A stretch of 63,968 nucleotides of DNA, filler included, from an uncultured Rhodopirellula sp. (GCA_964007735.1; 3 parts of 3 records of this genome joined end to end with filler, not necessarily neighbours in it); one strand, 5' to 3'; positions 52,252 to 61,307 are shown, counted from the whole stretch's first letter. Numbers and translations: made by a program. The notes: generated by a model from the sequence alone, not told the origin.

Positions 52252-52902
52252 TTGCCCAGCCTCACCATAGAAAACTATGTAAAGACTATCTATGAGATTT
52301 GTTCTCGCCAGCAGGATAATCCTGCCGCAACAGGTCAACTAGCCAAGGCGCTTGGAGTTTTGCCAGGTACGGTTACTAGCATGATGAAAACGCTGTCTGC
52401 TTCAGAGTTGGTGTCATATCAACCTTATGAAGGTGTAAAGCTCACTCCTTCAGGAAATGCACTGGCTCTGCGAGTGCTTCGTCGTCACCGGTTGATTGAG
52501 TTGTTTTTGGTGCGAACTCTGGAGTTGTCCTGGAGTGAAGTACATGAAGAAGCTGAAAATATGGAGCATGCGGTTAGTGATCTTCTTGTTGATCGCATTG
52601 AGGCATTTTTGGGTTATCCAGACTTTGATCCTCACGGAGATCCAATTCCTAAAGCGGATGGTACGGTTCTGGTGTCAACCGGGGCATCACTTGATGCGGT
52701 CAAAGCAGGGGCGGCAGTGAAAGTAGTGAGAGTGCTTGATCAGTCCTCAGGTTTTCTCAAAGAGCTCACGGAAAAGGGAGTTGAGATTGGAACGACGCTG
52801 GAAGTTCTTTCGGTGGAAGCTAACCAATTGCGGTTGTCTGTCGGTACAGATCCGGGTTTTAATTTGCCAATCGATCTGGCCCGTCTGATTTTAGTGAAAT
52901 AG
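52252..52902 (+). CDS. DtxR/MntR-family metal-dependent transcriptional regulator with FeoA-like C-terminus
   Basis: 'ENYVKTIY', 'RRHRLIELFL', 'HEEAENMEH', 'DPHGDPIP'. TTG at 52252 has GGAGG upstream. Confidence 0.9.
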   Translation: MPSLTIENYVKTIYEICSRQQDNPAATGQLAKALGVLPGTVTSMMKTLSASELVSYQPYEGVKLTPSGNALALRVLRRHRLIELFLVRTLELSWSEVHEEAENMEHAVSDLLVDRIEAFLGYPDFDPHGDPIPKADGTVLVSTGASLDAVKAGAAVKVVRVLDQSSGFLKELTEKGVEIGTTLEVLSVEANQLRLSVGTDPGFNLPIDLARLILVK

Positions 52903-52938
52903 ACCTGCCGTAAAAAACAAAGTAAAGAGAGAAAAGCG

Positions 52939-53430
52939 ATGTCTCAAAAAACTAGATTGTTAAAGCAACTGCAGTCAGCTCGGGCCTTTAGCTCTAACTT
53001 GCTCAAAGACTTTGAAACGCCGGAGTCCTGGATTTATCAATTGCATGAGGGAGGCAACCATGCATTGTGGTTTGTGGGGCATATGGGAACGACCGACAAC
53101 TTTATGTTGTCTCTTTTGCGACCGGACTTGTGTGATGTAAATGAGGAGTATGCAGGTTTGTTTGGCTTGGGGAGTCAGCCATCTGGAAACCTTGCCGAGT
53201 ATCCAGCCGTTGAAAGTGTCTTGGCGTTTATGGCGGATCGACGAGAGAGACTCTTGCAAGCCTTGGAGGAAATGACTGATGAGCAGCTTGCCGACGCCAC
53301 TCCTCAAGGGGCTCCGGAGTTTATGCCTGACAACGCTTCCGTTTTCGAAACAGCTATTTGGCACGAAGGGCTTCATTCGGGGCAAATATCTTTGCTGCGT
53401 CGTAGTCTTGGCTTTGATCCGCTGGTTTAA
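52939..53430 (+). CDS. DinB-family protein
   Basis: 'NHALWFVGH' and 'HEGLHSGQ' His motifs. Confidence 0.85.
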   Translation: MSQKTRLLKQLQSARAFSSNLLKDFETPESWIYQLHEGGNHALWFVGHMGTTDNFMLSLLRPDLCDVNEEYAGLFGLGSQPSGNLAEYPAVESVLAFMADRRERLLQALEEMTDEQLADATPQGAPEFMPDNASVFETAIWHEGLHSGQISLLRRSLGFDPLV

Positions 53431-53562
53431 TCCTGACTATTGAATAGGTTTGGAGAAACTAGTTGAAACACCTTCGAATTCGGGTGAATTCCTGTCAGTT
53501 AGGCACTTGAAGTTTAGCTGGAAAATGCTGAGAATTGAGGGAGTAGTATTGTCTGCTCGTCA

Positions 53563-53670
53563 GACTGTCTTACGATGGTGCTCGCAAGGGGGAGCCGTGA
53601 ACCGAGTCAGGCCTTAACCGGAGCAGCTCTAAGCGGGGTACTCTTGTGCGAGTACCATCGTGCGACAGTC
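53563..53670 (+). ncRNA. ffs: Small signal recognition particle RNA (4.5S)
   Basis: Helix-8 core 'GAACCGAGTCAGG-CCTTAACCGG-AGCAGC' inside a long hairpin: GACTGTC/GACAGTC and TACGATGGTGCTCGCA/TGCGAGTACCATCGTG. The position upstream of dnaX-ybaB-recR is a conserved context. Exact ends uncertain. Confidence 0.9.
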
Positions 53671-53719
53671 GGCAGATGATCCTACTTCTAGTCAACCTGG
53701 GATGTTCGATTGTGACGTA

Positions 53720-55678
53720 ATGATGGATCATGATGATTCAAAATCGGCCAGCGAAAGCTTAAACACTTCGCCCGCAAACGACCGCTATGTCGTAGTCGCC
53801 CGACGGTATCGACCTCAAACCTTTGAAGAACTGGTCGGTCAGGAACATGTAAGGAAAGCTTTGGCCAATGCGATCGAAACCAATCGGGTTGGACACGCTT
53901 ATTTATTTGCCGGGCCGCGTGGCACAGGCAAAACCACGACCGCTCGAATCTTCGCAAAAGCACTTAACTGCTCGGTCGGCCCTACGATTGTCCCATGTAA
54001 CCAATGCGATATTTGTATTGATATTTCACAAGATGCTGACGTCGATGTAATTGAAATTGATGGTGCCAGCAATAACGGAGTGGATGAAGTCCGCGCATTG
54101 CGTGAGAACTGTACGATTCGCCCTGCTCGCTGTCGCTTTAAGATTTATATCATTGACGAAGTTCACATGCTTTCGAAACCTGCTTTCAATGCTCTGCTAA
54201 AGACGCTAGAAGAGCCCCCGAAGCATGTGAAATTCATGTTTTGTACTACGGATCCCGACAGGTTGCCCATTACGGTTTTATCCCGCTGTCAAAGATTTGA
54301 CCTTTCGCCCGTGGAAGAGAGCAAGATATTCGACCGTTTAAAGTTTATCCTTGCTTCGGAAAAACGCCAGGCGGACGACGATGCAATTGCAATGCTTGCC
54401 AGACGAGCCTATGGTTCACTGCGAGACAGTCAGTCGCTGCTAGAACAACTCCTCTCTTTTAGTAGTGGTAACATCACAGTCGACGACGTTCATCAATTGC
54501 TGGGTACGACTGATAGTGGTAAGTTACTCGATCTCATGGAAGCATTGGCATCACGTGATGCGTGTGCTGCTCTGGGAATTCTAAGTGAATTTTGGAAAGG
54601 CGGCGCTGAACCGGAACGCCTTTCAGAGCAGATTCTGGGAATCTACCGTGACCTGCTATCGGCAAGTGTTGGATGTGCCGCGAACCTGATGCATTATTCT
54701 CAGCCTCAGGAATTCGAACGTGTAAAGCAGGTGGCTGGGCGCATTGGTAAACATACCTTGCTGGCCTCTCTGGAGATTATGCAGGAGATGCTGAGAAGAG
54801 TGCAGGCGACCACCAAGGTGAGGATCCTAGTGGAGACAGCCATCGTGCGGCTAGCGAGCCTCGAAGAACTCGACAAAATCGAAGAGTGGCTTAACATCTT
54901 ACAAAGTCCACCAATGAAAGATTTTGCCAAAAGTGGATTGGTAATCGCACCCAGCGGTTCAACTCAAACCAACTTAGTTCAAAAAAAAAATGACATAGAT
55001 TCACCCGATGTAACGACGGCAGTTTCTGATGTAATGGAAGTATCCAATACGGAAACCGTGACATCGGACTCACGTCCAGTCGGGGCTAAGGGAACAGCCG
55101 TAATGTCTGCTCAAACAATGCCGGGTGATCGCTCTCCAAGTTTCGATACAACGTCCCCCGGTCAACCTAGAACGACTTTGGTAACGTCCGAAGCGGATCG
55201 TGAGGCTTCTTCCGCCAAGGAGTCCTCCGAGTCTCAGGTATCGGAGAGTAGCCAGGCCGGGCGTTCAATCACAGTGACGAACCAAAATGTCCGTGCTATC
55301 TGGGAACGAGTTTGCCAAAACCTAGACGATTTGACAGCCAATCATTTGCAATCGGCCGAATCCGTTGCAATTTCCGCGCCAAATCATCTAGTCGTAAAAT
55401 TTCCTTCGCACTATACTTTCCAAAAAGACGCATGCGAGCGGCCTGAACGCCGAACTAAGCTGGAAGAAGAATTGTATCGGACGACAGGCAATCGATTCCG
55501 AGTGACCTTCGAGTTACTTTCGGAAAAAACTCAACCTGAAGTTGGTCAGCAAGATTCCGGAGTGAAAACTATTCGGCAGAAAAGGCGGGAGGCTGAACAG
55601 CACCCGATGGTGCAGCAGGCGATGGAAACATTCGGAGCAGAAGTGGTTCGAGTGGATCATTCTCGAAGGCGTAGTTAG
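53720..55678 (+). CDS. dnaX: DNA polymerase III subunit tau (and gamma)
   Basis: 'ARRYRPQTF', 'GPRGTGKTT', Zn module, 'IIDEVHML', 'SRC'. The track start at 53660 lies inside ffs, so ATG 53702, 53720 or 53723 is more likely. Confidence 0.95.
   Translation: MMDHDDSKSASESLNTSPANDRYVVVARRYRPQTFEELVGQEHVRKALANAIETNRVGHAYLFAGPRGTGKTTTARIFAKALNCSVGPTIVPCNQCDICIDISQDADVDVIEIDGASNNGVDEVRALRENCTIRPARCRFKIYIIDEVHMLSKPAFNALLKTLEEPPKHVKFMFCTTDPDRLPITVLSRCQRFDLSPVEESKIFDRLKFILASEKRQADDDAIAMLARRAYGSLRDSQSLLEQLLSFSSGNITVDDVHQLLGTTDSGKLLDLMEALASRDACAALGILSEFWKGGAEPERLSEQILGIYRDLLSASVGCAANLMHYSQPQEFERVKQVAGRIGKHTLLASLEIMQEMLRRVQATTKVRILVETAIVRLASLEELDKIEEWLNILQSPPMKDFAKSGLVIAPSGSTQTNLVQKKNDIDSPDVTTAVSDVMEVSNTETVTSDSRPVGAKGTAVMSAQTMPGDRSPSFDTTSPGQPRTTLVTSEADREASSAKESSESQVSESSQAGRSITVTNQNVRAIWERVCQNLDDLTANHLQSAESVAISAPNHLVVKFPSHYTFQKDACERPERRTKLEEELYRTTGNRFRVTFELLSEKTQPEVGQQDSGVKTIRQKRREAEQHPMVQQAMETFGAEVVRVDHSRRRS
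54981..54998 (+). promoter_or_regulatory. Candidate dnaX slippage/frameshift site (A10 with stops in both alternative frames)
   Basis: CAA AAA AAA AAT GAC ATA G: TGA at 54991 in the -1 frame and TAG at 54996 in the +1 frame. Confidence 0.75.
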
Positions 55679-55791
55679 TTCGGGGCCCATCAATTTTGTC
55701 TGGAGGAAGATCTTCTGACAGTGGTTCCTCACAGCTAAAGCCCAGAGAAGTTGAGACGTATTACTTTTTTGGTCGTATTAGGAGCAACAAA

Positions 55792-56148
55792 ATGTTTAAA
55801 TCGCTTGGCAATATTGCTTCCATCATGAAACAGGCTCAGCAAATGGGTGGCAAAATCGAAGAAGTGAATCAAAAGCTTGAAGCGGAGCGAGTGACCGGAG
55901 AATCAGGCGGCGGCATGGTTTGTGTGGAGATGAATGGCTTAGGCGAGGTCATTCAAGTGTCGATTGACCCAATTTTGTTTGCCAAGCAGGATGCTGAGTT
56001 AACGGAAGACCTTGTTCGTGCAGCGGTGAATATCGCGAAAGATAAGACCCGGGAAGTACATGCTCGTTTGACTCAGGAGATGACAATGGGGATGAATATT
56101 CCCGGATTGGAACAAGCGTTAGAGCAATTCGGTAAGCAGGCAGACTAG
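55792..56148 (+). CDS. ybaB: YbaB/EbfC nucleoid-associated protein
   Basis: 'MKQAQQM', 'GESGGGMV', 'EDLVRAAVN'; AGGAG RBS before ATG 55792; lies between dnaX and recR. Confidence 0.93.
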   Translation: MFKSLGNIASIMKQAQQMGGKIEEVNQKLEAERVTGESGGGMVCVEMNGLGEVIQVSIDPILFAKQDAELTEDLVRAAVNIAKDKTREVHARLTQEMTMGMNIPGLEQALEQFGKQAD

Positions 56149-56159
56149 AAAGTAGCAGC

Positions 56160-56759
56160 GTGGCACAACTATCCGAATCCGTGACCGAATTGATATCACA
56201 ACTTTCCAAATTACCCGGTATTGGTAGGAAAAGTGCTGAGAGACTTGCCTATCATTTATTGCGAGTAAATAAAACCGAAGCTTTGGCATTCGCGGACGCC
56301 ATCCGAAACGTTCGTGAAAACGTAAGGTACTGCAAGGTTTGTTTTAATCTTGCGGAAAGTGAAGTATGCACGATTTGTGAAGACACGCGTCGTGATCAAA
56401 CCACCCTGTGTATTGTTGAGCAACCACGGGATTTAATGTCGCTTGAACAGGCAGGCGTTTTTAACGGTTTGTATCATGTGCTGCTCGGACGTATTGCCCC
56501 TCTGGAAGGTATTGGTCCGGAACAACTTACGATTGATGCATTAATTGATCGTGTCCGCCAGGGCCAAATTAAAGAAGTGATTATGGCAACTAATCCGACG
56601 GTTGAAGGAGACGGAACAGCTCTGCACATCTCCAATCTTCTTAATCATCACGACGTTGCGATTACACGACTGGCACGCGGGATTACGACTGGAAGTATTC
56701 TGGAATTTACGAACAAAGAGATCTTGGCGGACGCGATAGCGGGTAGACAAAAATATTAA
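56160..56759 (+). CDS. recR: Recombination mediator RecR
   Basis: 'LPGIGRKSAERLA', C4 Zn finger, TOPRIM 'ATNPTVEGDGTA'. Confidence 0.97.
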   Translation: MAQLSESVTELISQLSKLPGIGRKSAERLAYHLLRVNKTEALAFADAIRNVRENVRYCKVCFNLAESEVCTICEDTRRDQTTLCIVEQPRDLMSLEQAGVFNGLYHVLLGRIAPLEGIGPEQLTIDALIDRVRQGQIKEVIMATNPTVEGDGTALHISNLLNHHDVAITRLARGITTGSILEFTNKEILADAIAGRQKY

Positions 56760-56811
56760 GCAACAGGTAGTGAACTTAACTTAACAGTCGGGTTTAAAAA
56801 CAGGCAGACGC

Positions 56812-58317
56812 ATGCGTTTTTCCCTGGGACAATTCACAGCTCAGAAGCAAATTCAAAAACTGGCTCCACGAATGATCCAGTCCATGGAGATTCTGCAACT
56901 GCCTGTTTTGGAATTGCAGGAACGTATCGATCAGGAAATGACTGAGAATCCGGTGCTTGAAGAACTCGAACCCGAGGCGGATGAGTTGGAAGGTGCTGAA
57001 GCTCTACAGGCGGCTCAGGATTCTTCTCAGGTTGAGGGTGAGAAGGAATTGGTTGTTGATGAAGATTCTAACAATGCCGATGATTTCGAACGCCTAGATG
57101 ATCTGGATCAGGAGGTTCCGGATTATTTTGATGAAATGCCGCGCGCAAGTGTGAATCGAGTTCAGGAATTTTCGGATCGTTATCATGATACGATGGCAAA
57201 TATCTCTCAGCGCGGTATTACCTTGTATGATCACTTGGTCTTGCAGTTGCGGGAGTTGGAATTGGAGGATGATTTGTTCACCATGGCTGAACGGATTGCC
57301 TCCACGCTCGATGCGGAAGGGGGAGGCTATTTGTCAATTCCCCTGGAAAGCCTTTTACGCAATGATTCGGACGAACAGCAATTTGCACTGGCACAGCAGG
57401 CTCTTGTCGTTTTACAACAATTAGATCCCATCGGAGTGGCTGCTAGGAATCTGCAGGAGTGTTTGCTATTGCAACTTCCTGAAGAGCACCCGTTTTATCG
57501 CGAACTTCATGTATTGATTACCAATCATCTGGAAGATTTAGAGCACAACAGGCTTCCGCTGATTGAAAAACAAACAGGACTGAGCATTGAAGATATTCAT
57601 TTGATTTGGGAGGAGCTTAGAGAACTCAACCCGAAACCAGCGGCTAGTTTTGTGCAAAAGCCTATCATTTCGGTGGTACCTGATTTGTTTGTGCACAAAG
57701 CCGATGATGGTAAATACGTGGTGACCGTCGAAGAACGAGATATCCCTCAATTGTGTATAAGCGATTATTATCGCCGTCGGTTAAAGGCAACGGATGCCAA
57801 TAAAGAGGAGAAAGAGTTTCTGAGGCGTAAGCTAAATGGGGCATTGTGGCTGATCGATGCGATACATCAGCGTCAGGCGACGTTACTAAAGGTATCGCAA
57901 GCGATTGTTGATCATCAGTACCGCGTCATCGATGATGGACTCGAAGCAATTATCCCTTTGAAAATGCAACAGATTGCCGACCAAGTGGGAGTGCATGTTA
58001 CAACAGTGAGTCGGGCTGTAGATGATAAATGGATCCAGACTCCACGTGGCATTTATCCTTTGCGAGGGTTTTTTGTCGGAGGAACCGTCGGCGATGATGG
58101 GGAAAATATTGCCTGGGATAATATTCGAGTAAAGCTACAGGAAATTATTGATACTGAGGATAAAGCAAAACCCCACAGTGATGATGAGTTAGTACGTCAA
58201 TTAAAGGAAGCCGGTTTCTCAGTGGCTCGGCGAACCATTACCAAATACCGGAAGAAGATGGGAATTCCCAGTTCTAGGCAACGTAAAGATTGGAGTAAAG
58301 CGGGCGGTAACGCCTAA
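56812..58317 (+). CDS. rpoN: RNA polymerase sigma-54 factor
   Basis: Q/L-rich region I, 'HVTTVSRAV', RpoN box 'ARRTITKYR'. Confidence 0.97.
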   Translation: MRFSLGQFTAQKQIQKLAPRMIQSMEILQLPVLELQERIDQEMTENPVLEELEPEADELEGAEALQAAQDSSQVEGEKELVVDEDSNNADDFERLDDLDQEVPDYFDEMPRASVNRVQEFSDRYHDTMANISQRGITLYDHLVLQLRELELEDDLFTMAERIASTLDAEGGGYLSIPLESLLRNDSDEQQFALAQQALVVLQQLDPIGVAARNLQECLLLQLPEEHPFYRELHVLITNHLEDLEHNRLPLIEKQTGLSIEDIHLIWEELRELNPKPAASFVQKPIISVVPDLFVHKADDGKYVVTVEERDIPQLCISDYYRRRLKATDANKEEKEFLRRKLNGALWLIDAIHQRQATLLKVSQAIVDHQYRVIDDGLEAIIPLKMQQIADQVGVHVTTVSRAVDDKWIQTPRGIYPLRGFFVGGTVGDDGENIAWDNIRVKLQEIIDTEDKAKPHSDDELVRQLKEAGFSVARRTITKYRKKMGIPSSRQRKDWSKAGGNA

Positions 58318-58623
58318 ACCGTAGGGTTCTTCAATCCTTTTGGTTTAACTAATCAGAAGTGCTTATCTTTTTTGCCGAGCTTCCCTGAACCGCAATCTAC
58401 AAGCTGATACTTACAGTTTCTGTAATAATTGCAGACGTTTTTTTAAGGTGATTTAACTTAATAAGTACAACACGTCCGGCTGTTTTTATAGGAAACATCC
58501 AACAAAGCCGCATGTATTACGGAACTCTCTAAAGTATTACCCCCGGAACAATCGACAAATAACTCTGAGAGGTCATCTTTGTTATTTCTTGAATAAGTTG
58601 TTATCCAAGTCCTAACTAACCCA

Positions 58624-58994
58624 CCAGAGGCCTTTCGGGGGGATCTTCTGGGTGTTTATCTCAATGCCAGAAGAGAATGCGATGTGACAATGACCCGTTC
58701 ATGTCATGTTCTTGAAGATTCTCTCGTTATGTACTTACGCCGAAGTACACCAGTTTGTCATAAAACTACACGATCACTGTATAGACCAAGCGAGTTACAG
58801 CACGGCTGCAGTGACCTAAAAGTTATGTGATGGATTGGTTTTCGTTGTGTGCCAGGACGGATCCCGGCAAACAGCACCCATACAAGGAAGCGAGTTTTAT
58901 AAGTACCCCATCCCAGCGACTTGTCGTGATTTGTTCCCCCACAATGAATCGCAAGCCGATAACAAGTCTGGGGTCAGAGCACCTCCGGGTGTTC
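58624..58994 (+). ncRNA. Candidate structured ncRNA or long 5' leader (unassigned)
   Basis: At least 7 hairpins in about 375 nt of non-coding DNA, two capped by UNCG loops, plus several GGA motifs. No family recognised. Confidence 0.35.
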
Positions 58995-59031
58995 AGTAAA
59001 AAAGTCATCGAGAGAGAATTGGAGTGCCGAA

Positions 59032-59604
59032 ATGAAGGTCTTCACAACTGGACAGGTTGCCAAGATCTGTAAAGTGGCCCCGCGCACAGTTAGCAAATGG
59101 TTTGATTCAGGGCGTCTCAAGGGATATCGTATCCCTGGTTCGCAAGATCGTCGAATTCCCCGCGATTCGTTGATCAAGTTTCTTAAAGAGCATGGTATGC
59201 CTTTAGGAGACTTAGAAGATGAAGCAATGGCCAAAGTGCTAATCGTTGCACAGGACCAGGTATTGATCGAAAACCTAAAACGAGAATTGCCGACTGAAAG
59301 GTCATTTAAGGTAGCTGTCGCTGCTAGTGGATTTGAAGCCGGTATACAGGCTGAGAGTTTTCATCCTGACTGCATCATTGTCGATTTTTCAATTGGCAAA
59401 GTTGAATCACTTCAGATTTGCCAGAATCTGCGTCGCAACCCGGATTTTGCTGAAACGATTCTTATTGCATTGTTACCGGACGTGGGAAGCCCAATGAGCT
59501 TCGACCGTTCGACCATCAACGAAACTTTCAAAAAGCCGTTTGATGCAAGCCTGTTGGCGGATAGATTGCGAACCCTGATTGGAACTCGCAAAGAACTTGT
59601 CTAG
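59032..59604 (+). CDS. Excisionase-like HTH (HTH_17) plus atypical receiver domain regulator, planctomycete-type
   Basis: 'FTTGQVAKICKVAPRTVSKWFDSGRLKGYRIPGSQDRRIPR'; receiver 'PDCIIVDF...FKKPF'; GGAG RBS. Confidence 0.88.
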   Translation: MKVFTTGQVAKICKVAPRTVSKWFDSGRLKGYRIPGSQDRRIPRDSLIKFLKEHGMPLGDLEDEAMAKVLIVAQDQVLIENLKRELPTERSFKVAVAASGFEAGIQAESFHPDCIIVDFSIGKVESLQICQNLRRNPDFAETILIALLPDVGSPMSFDRSTINETFKKPFDASLLADRLRTLIGTRKELV

Positions 59605-59623
59605 CCAACAGTTAAGAGGAAAT

Positions 59624-59664
59624 AAAAAGCGAGGTGCCTGTTTTGGGTGCCTCGCTTTTTTTTT
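59624..59664 (+). terminator. Rho-independent terminator
   Basis: AAAAAGCGAGG...CCTCGC followed by T9. Confidence 0.88.
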
Positions 59665-59752
59665 GTTTCAATATAAGTCTAGCTCTGCGTTTTCTCCGGT
59701 TTTGTAGTTAAACTCAGTGTACTTGATTTACCCCTTTATTCTATGGTGGACC

Positions 59753-60229
59753 ATGGCCGAATTTACGCATTTCGACGACCAGGGTGCATCACGCATGGTA
59801 AATGTCGGAGACAAAGAGCCTACTCACCGAAAGGCCCGCGCGGCTGCCTCTGTAAAAATGTTACCGGCTACGCTTGAGAAGATCACCGAGAAGGAGTTGA
59901 GGAAAGGGGATGTGCTTGAAGTTGCCAGACTGGCGGGGATCATGGCGACCAAACAAACCGGTCAACTGATACCCTTGTGTCATCCAATTGGATTGGATGG
60001 CGTTGAGGTGAGCTTTCGAATTGTCAAACCGGACACCATCGTTGTCGAGGCTGAGGTCGCTGTGTTTGCGCGAACGGGCGTAGAAATGGAAGCCATGATG
60101 GCGGTTAGCATTGCGGCTCTGACAATTTACGATATGTGTAAGTCAGCTGACCGTGGAATGCAAATCGAGGATGTTAAATTGCTTGAAAAAAAGGGAGGTA
60201 AGAGCGGGCACTTTGTTCGCGCGGAGTAG
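59753..60229 (+). CDS. moaC: Cyclic pyranopterin monophosphate synthase MoaC
   Basis: 'FTHFD..G..RMV', 'LIPLCHP', 'TGVEMEA', 'YDMCK', 'GGKSG'; start at ATG 59753. Confidence 0.95.
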   Translation: MAEFTHFDDQGASRMVNVGDKEPTHRKARAAASVKMLPATLEKITEKELRKGDVLEVARLAGIMATKQTGQLIPLCHPIGLDGVEVSFRIVKPDTIVVEAEVAVFARTGVEMEAMMAVSIAALTIYDMCKSADRGMQIEDVKLLEKKGGKSGHFVRAE

Positions 60230-60238
60230 GGGAGGCTT

Positions 60239-60628
60239 TTAATCAAATCCGTTCTTCCCGAGATCTCGCTGTAAGATCGGTTGCAATTCGTTAACAAAGT
60301 CGCGTACGTCTTTGAATTCACGATAGACGCTGGCGAAGCGTACATAAGCAACCTGATCAAGGGTGGCGAGATGAGTCATGACGACTTCACCAATGTTGTC
60401 AGATTGAATATCCCCTTCGAAGTTGGCGTAGATGTCACTCTCGATTTCGGACAAGCAACTTTCAATATCCTCTGTCCCTACAGGCCGCTTCCAGCATGCT
60501 TTGACAATCCCCTGTCGAATCTTGTCACGAATAAAAGGTTCTCTTACCCCATTCTTTTTGCAGACCTTGATGGATATCTCCTCAAGCCTTTCGTAAGTCG
60601 TATAGCGGCGATTGCAATCGAGGCATTC
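60239..60628 (-). CDS. nrdR: Transcriptional repressor NrdR, 5'-truncated by the gap
   Basis: Manual translation 'ECLDCNRRYTTYE...KKNGVREPF...KACWKRPV...DQVAYVRFASVYREF'. Confidence 0.95.
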   Translation of the reverse strand, partial: ECLDCNRRYTTYERLEEISIKVCKKNGVREPFIRDKIRQGIVKACWKRPVGTEDIESCLSEIESDIYANFEGDIQSDNIGEVVMTHLATLDQVAYVRFASVYREFKDVRDFVNELQPILQRDLGKNGFD

Positions 60629-60629
60629 T

Positions 60630-60729
60630 NNNNNNNNNNNNNNNNNNNNNNNNNNNNNNNNNNNNNNNNNNNNTTAATTAATTAANNNNNNNNNNNNNNN
60701 NNNNNNNNNNNNNNNNNNNNNNNNNNNNN
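60630..60729. other. Artificial contig spacer
   Basis: 100-nt N run with TTAATTAATTAA at 60674-60685. Confidence 0.98.
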
Positions 60730-60891
60730 AAAATGTAAGGGGGTTATCTTTTTATCTTTGAATTATACCATAAGGCACTGTTTGTGAGAAACCTTCCTAA
60801 AACAACCGTAACTCCCGACTTATGGATAGCTGTATGATATTCTAACTAAGTAGATTAATTGTTGTTTTTGAGGTGTAAATATAATTATGTA

Positions 60892-61236
60892 ATGGAGAAA
60901 AGATTTACTGTGGCTAGCTACGAAATTGAGCAAACGAAGGAATTATTACTAAAAGTTTGGGCGGTTTTATTAATGGGTTTGTATGGAGTCGGTTTTTTGC
61001 ACGAAAAAATGCTGGTGCAAAAAGCATTGGAAACTACAGAAGATGTTTTGCCAGATATCGCTAAACTCCTATTTTTTGCCTTGATGTTTGTTTCGTTTTT
61101 GATCGATATTGTGGAAATGAGAGAAAACAAAGATAAAGCTTACCGTTTTTTGCTTTTATCACTGATACTGGGCGGCCTTTCTGCTACCTTTAGTGCCATG
61201 CAGTATCATACATTGACTTCGGTAATGGGAGGATAA
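60892..61236 (+). CDS. Small hypothetical membrane protein (about 3 TMs)
   Basis: Open frame with three hydrophobic segments; no motif recognised; start uncertain (60859 or 60892). Confidence 0.55.
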   Translation: MEKRFTVASYEIEQTKELLLKVWAVLLMGLYGVGFLHEKMLVQKALETTEDVLPDIAKLLFFALMFVSFLIDIVEMRENKDKAYRFLLLSLILGGLSATFSAMQYHTLTSVMGG

Positions 61237-61307
61237 CCTAATATTGCATGGTATGCGGGGATTGATTAGAATGAATCTAAATTTTGTATAAGTAATAATT
61301 TTAGGTC

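Noticed and set aside
53660..53719. dnaX N-terminal extension from the ORF track
   Set aside because: The start overlaps the 3' strand of the SRP RNA. Similar over-extended starts were trimmed for ybaB (55696), ACP (44361), moaC (59717), dnaE2 (33326) and the MntR-like gene (52219).
58955..58962. GCCGATAA sigma-28-like -10 box
   Set aside because: No TAAA-like -35 element at the expected spacing; not supportable alone.
58823..59234. Short ORFs in the rpoN-regulator intergenic region (58827-59072 +, 58823-59008 -, 58974-59234 -)
   Set aside because: No recognisable motifs or convincing RBS, and two of them overlap the regulator gene.
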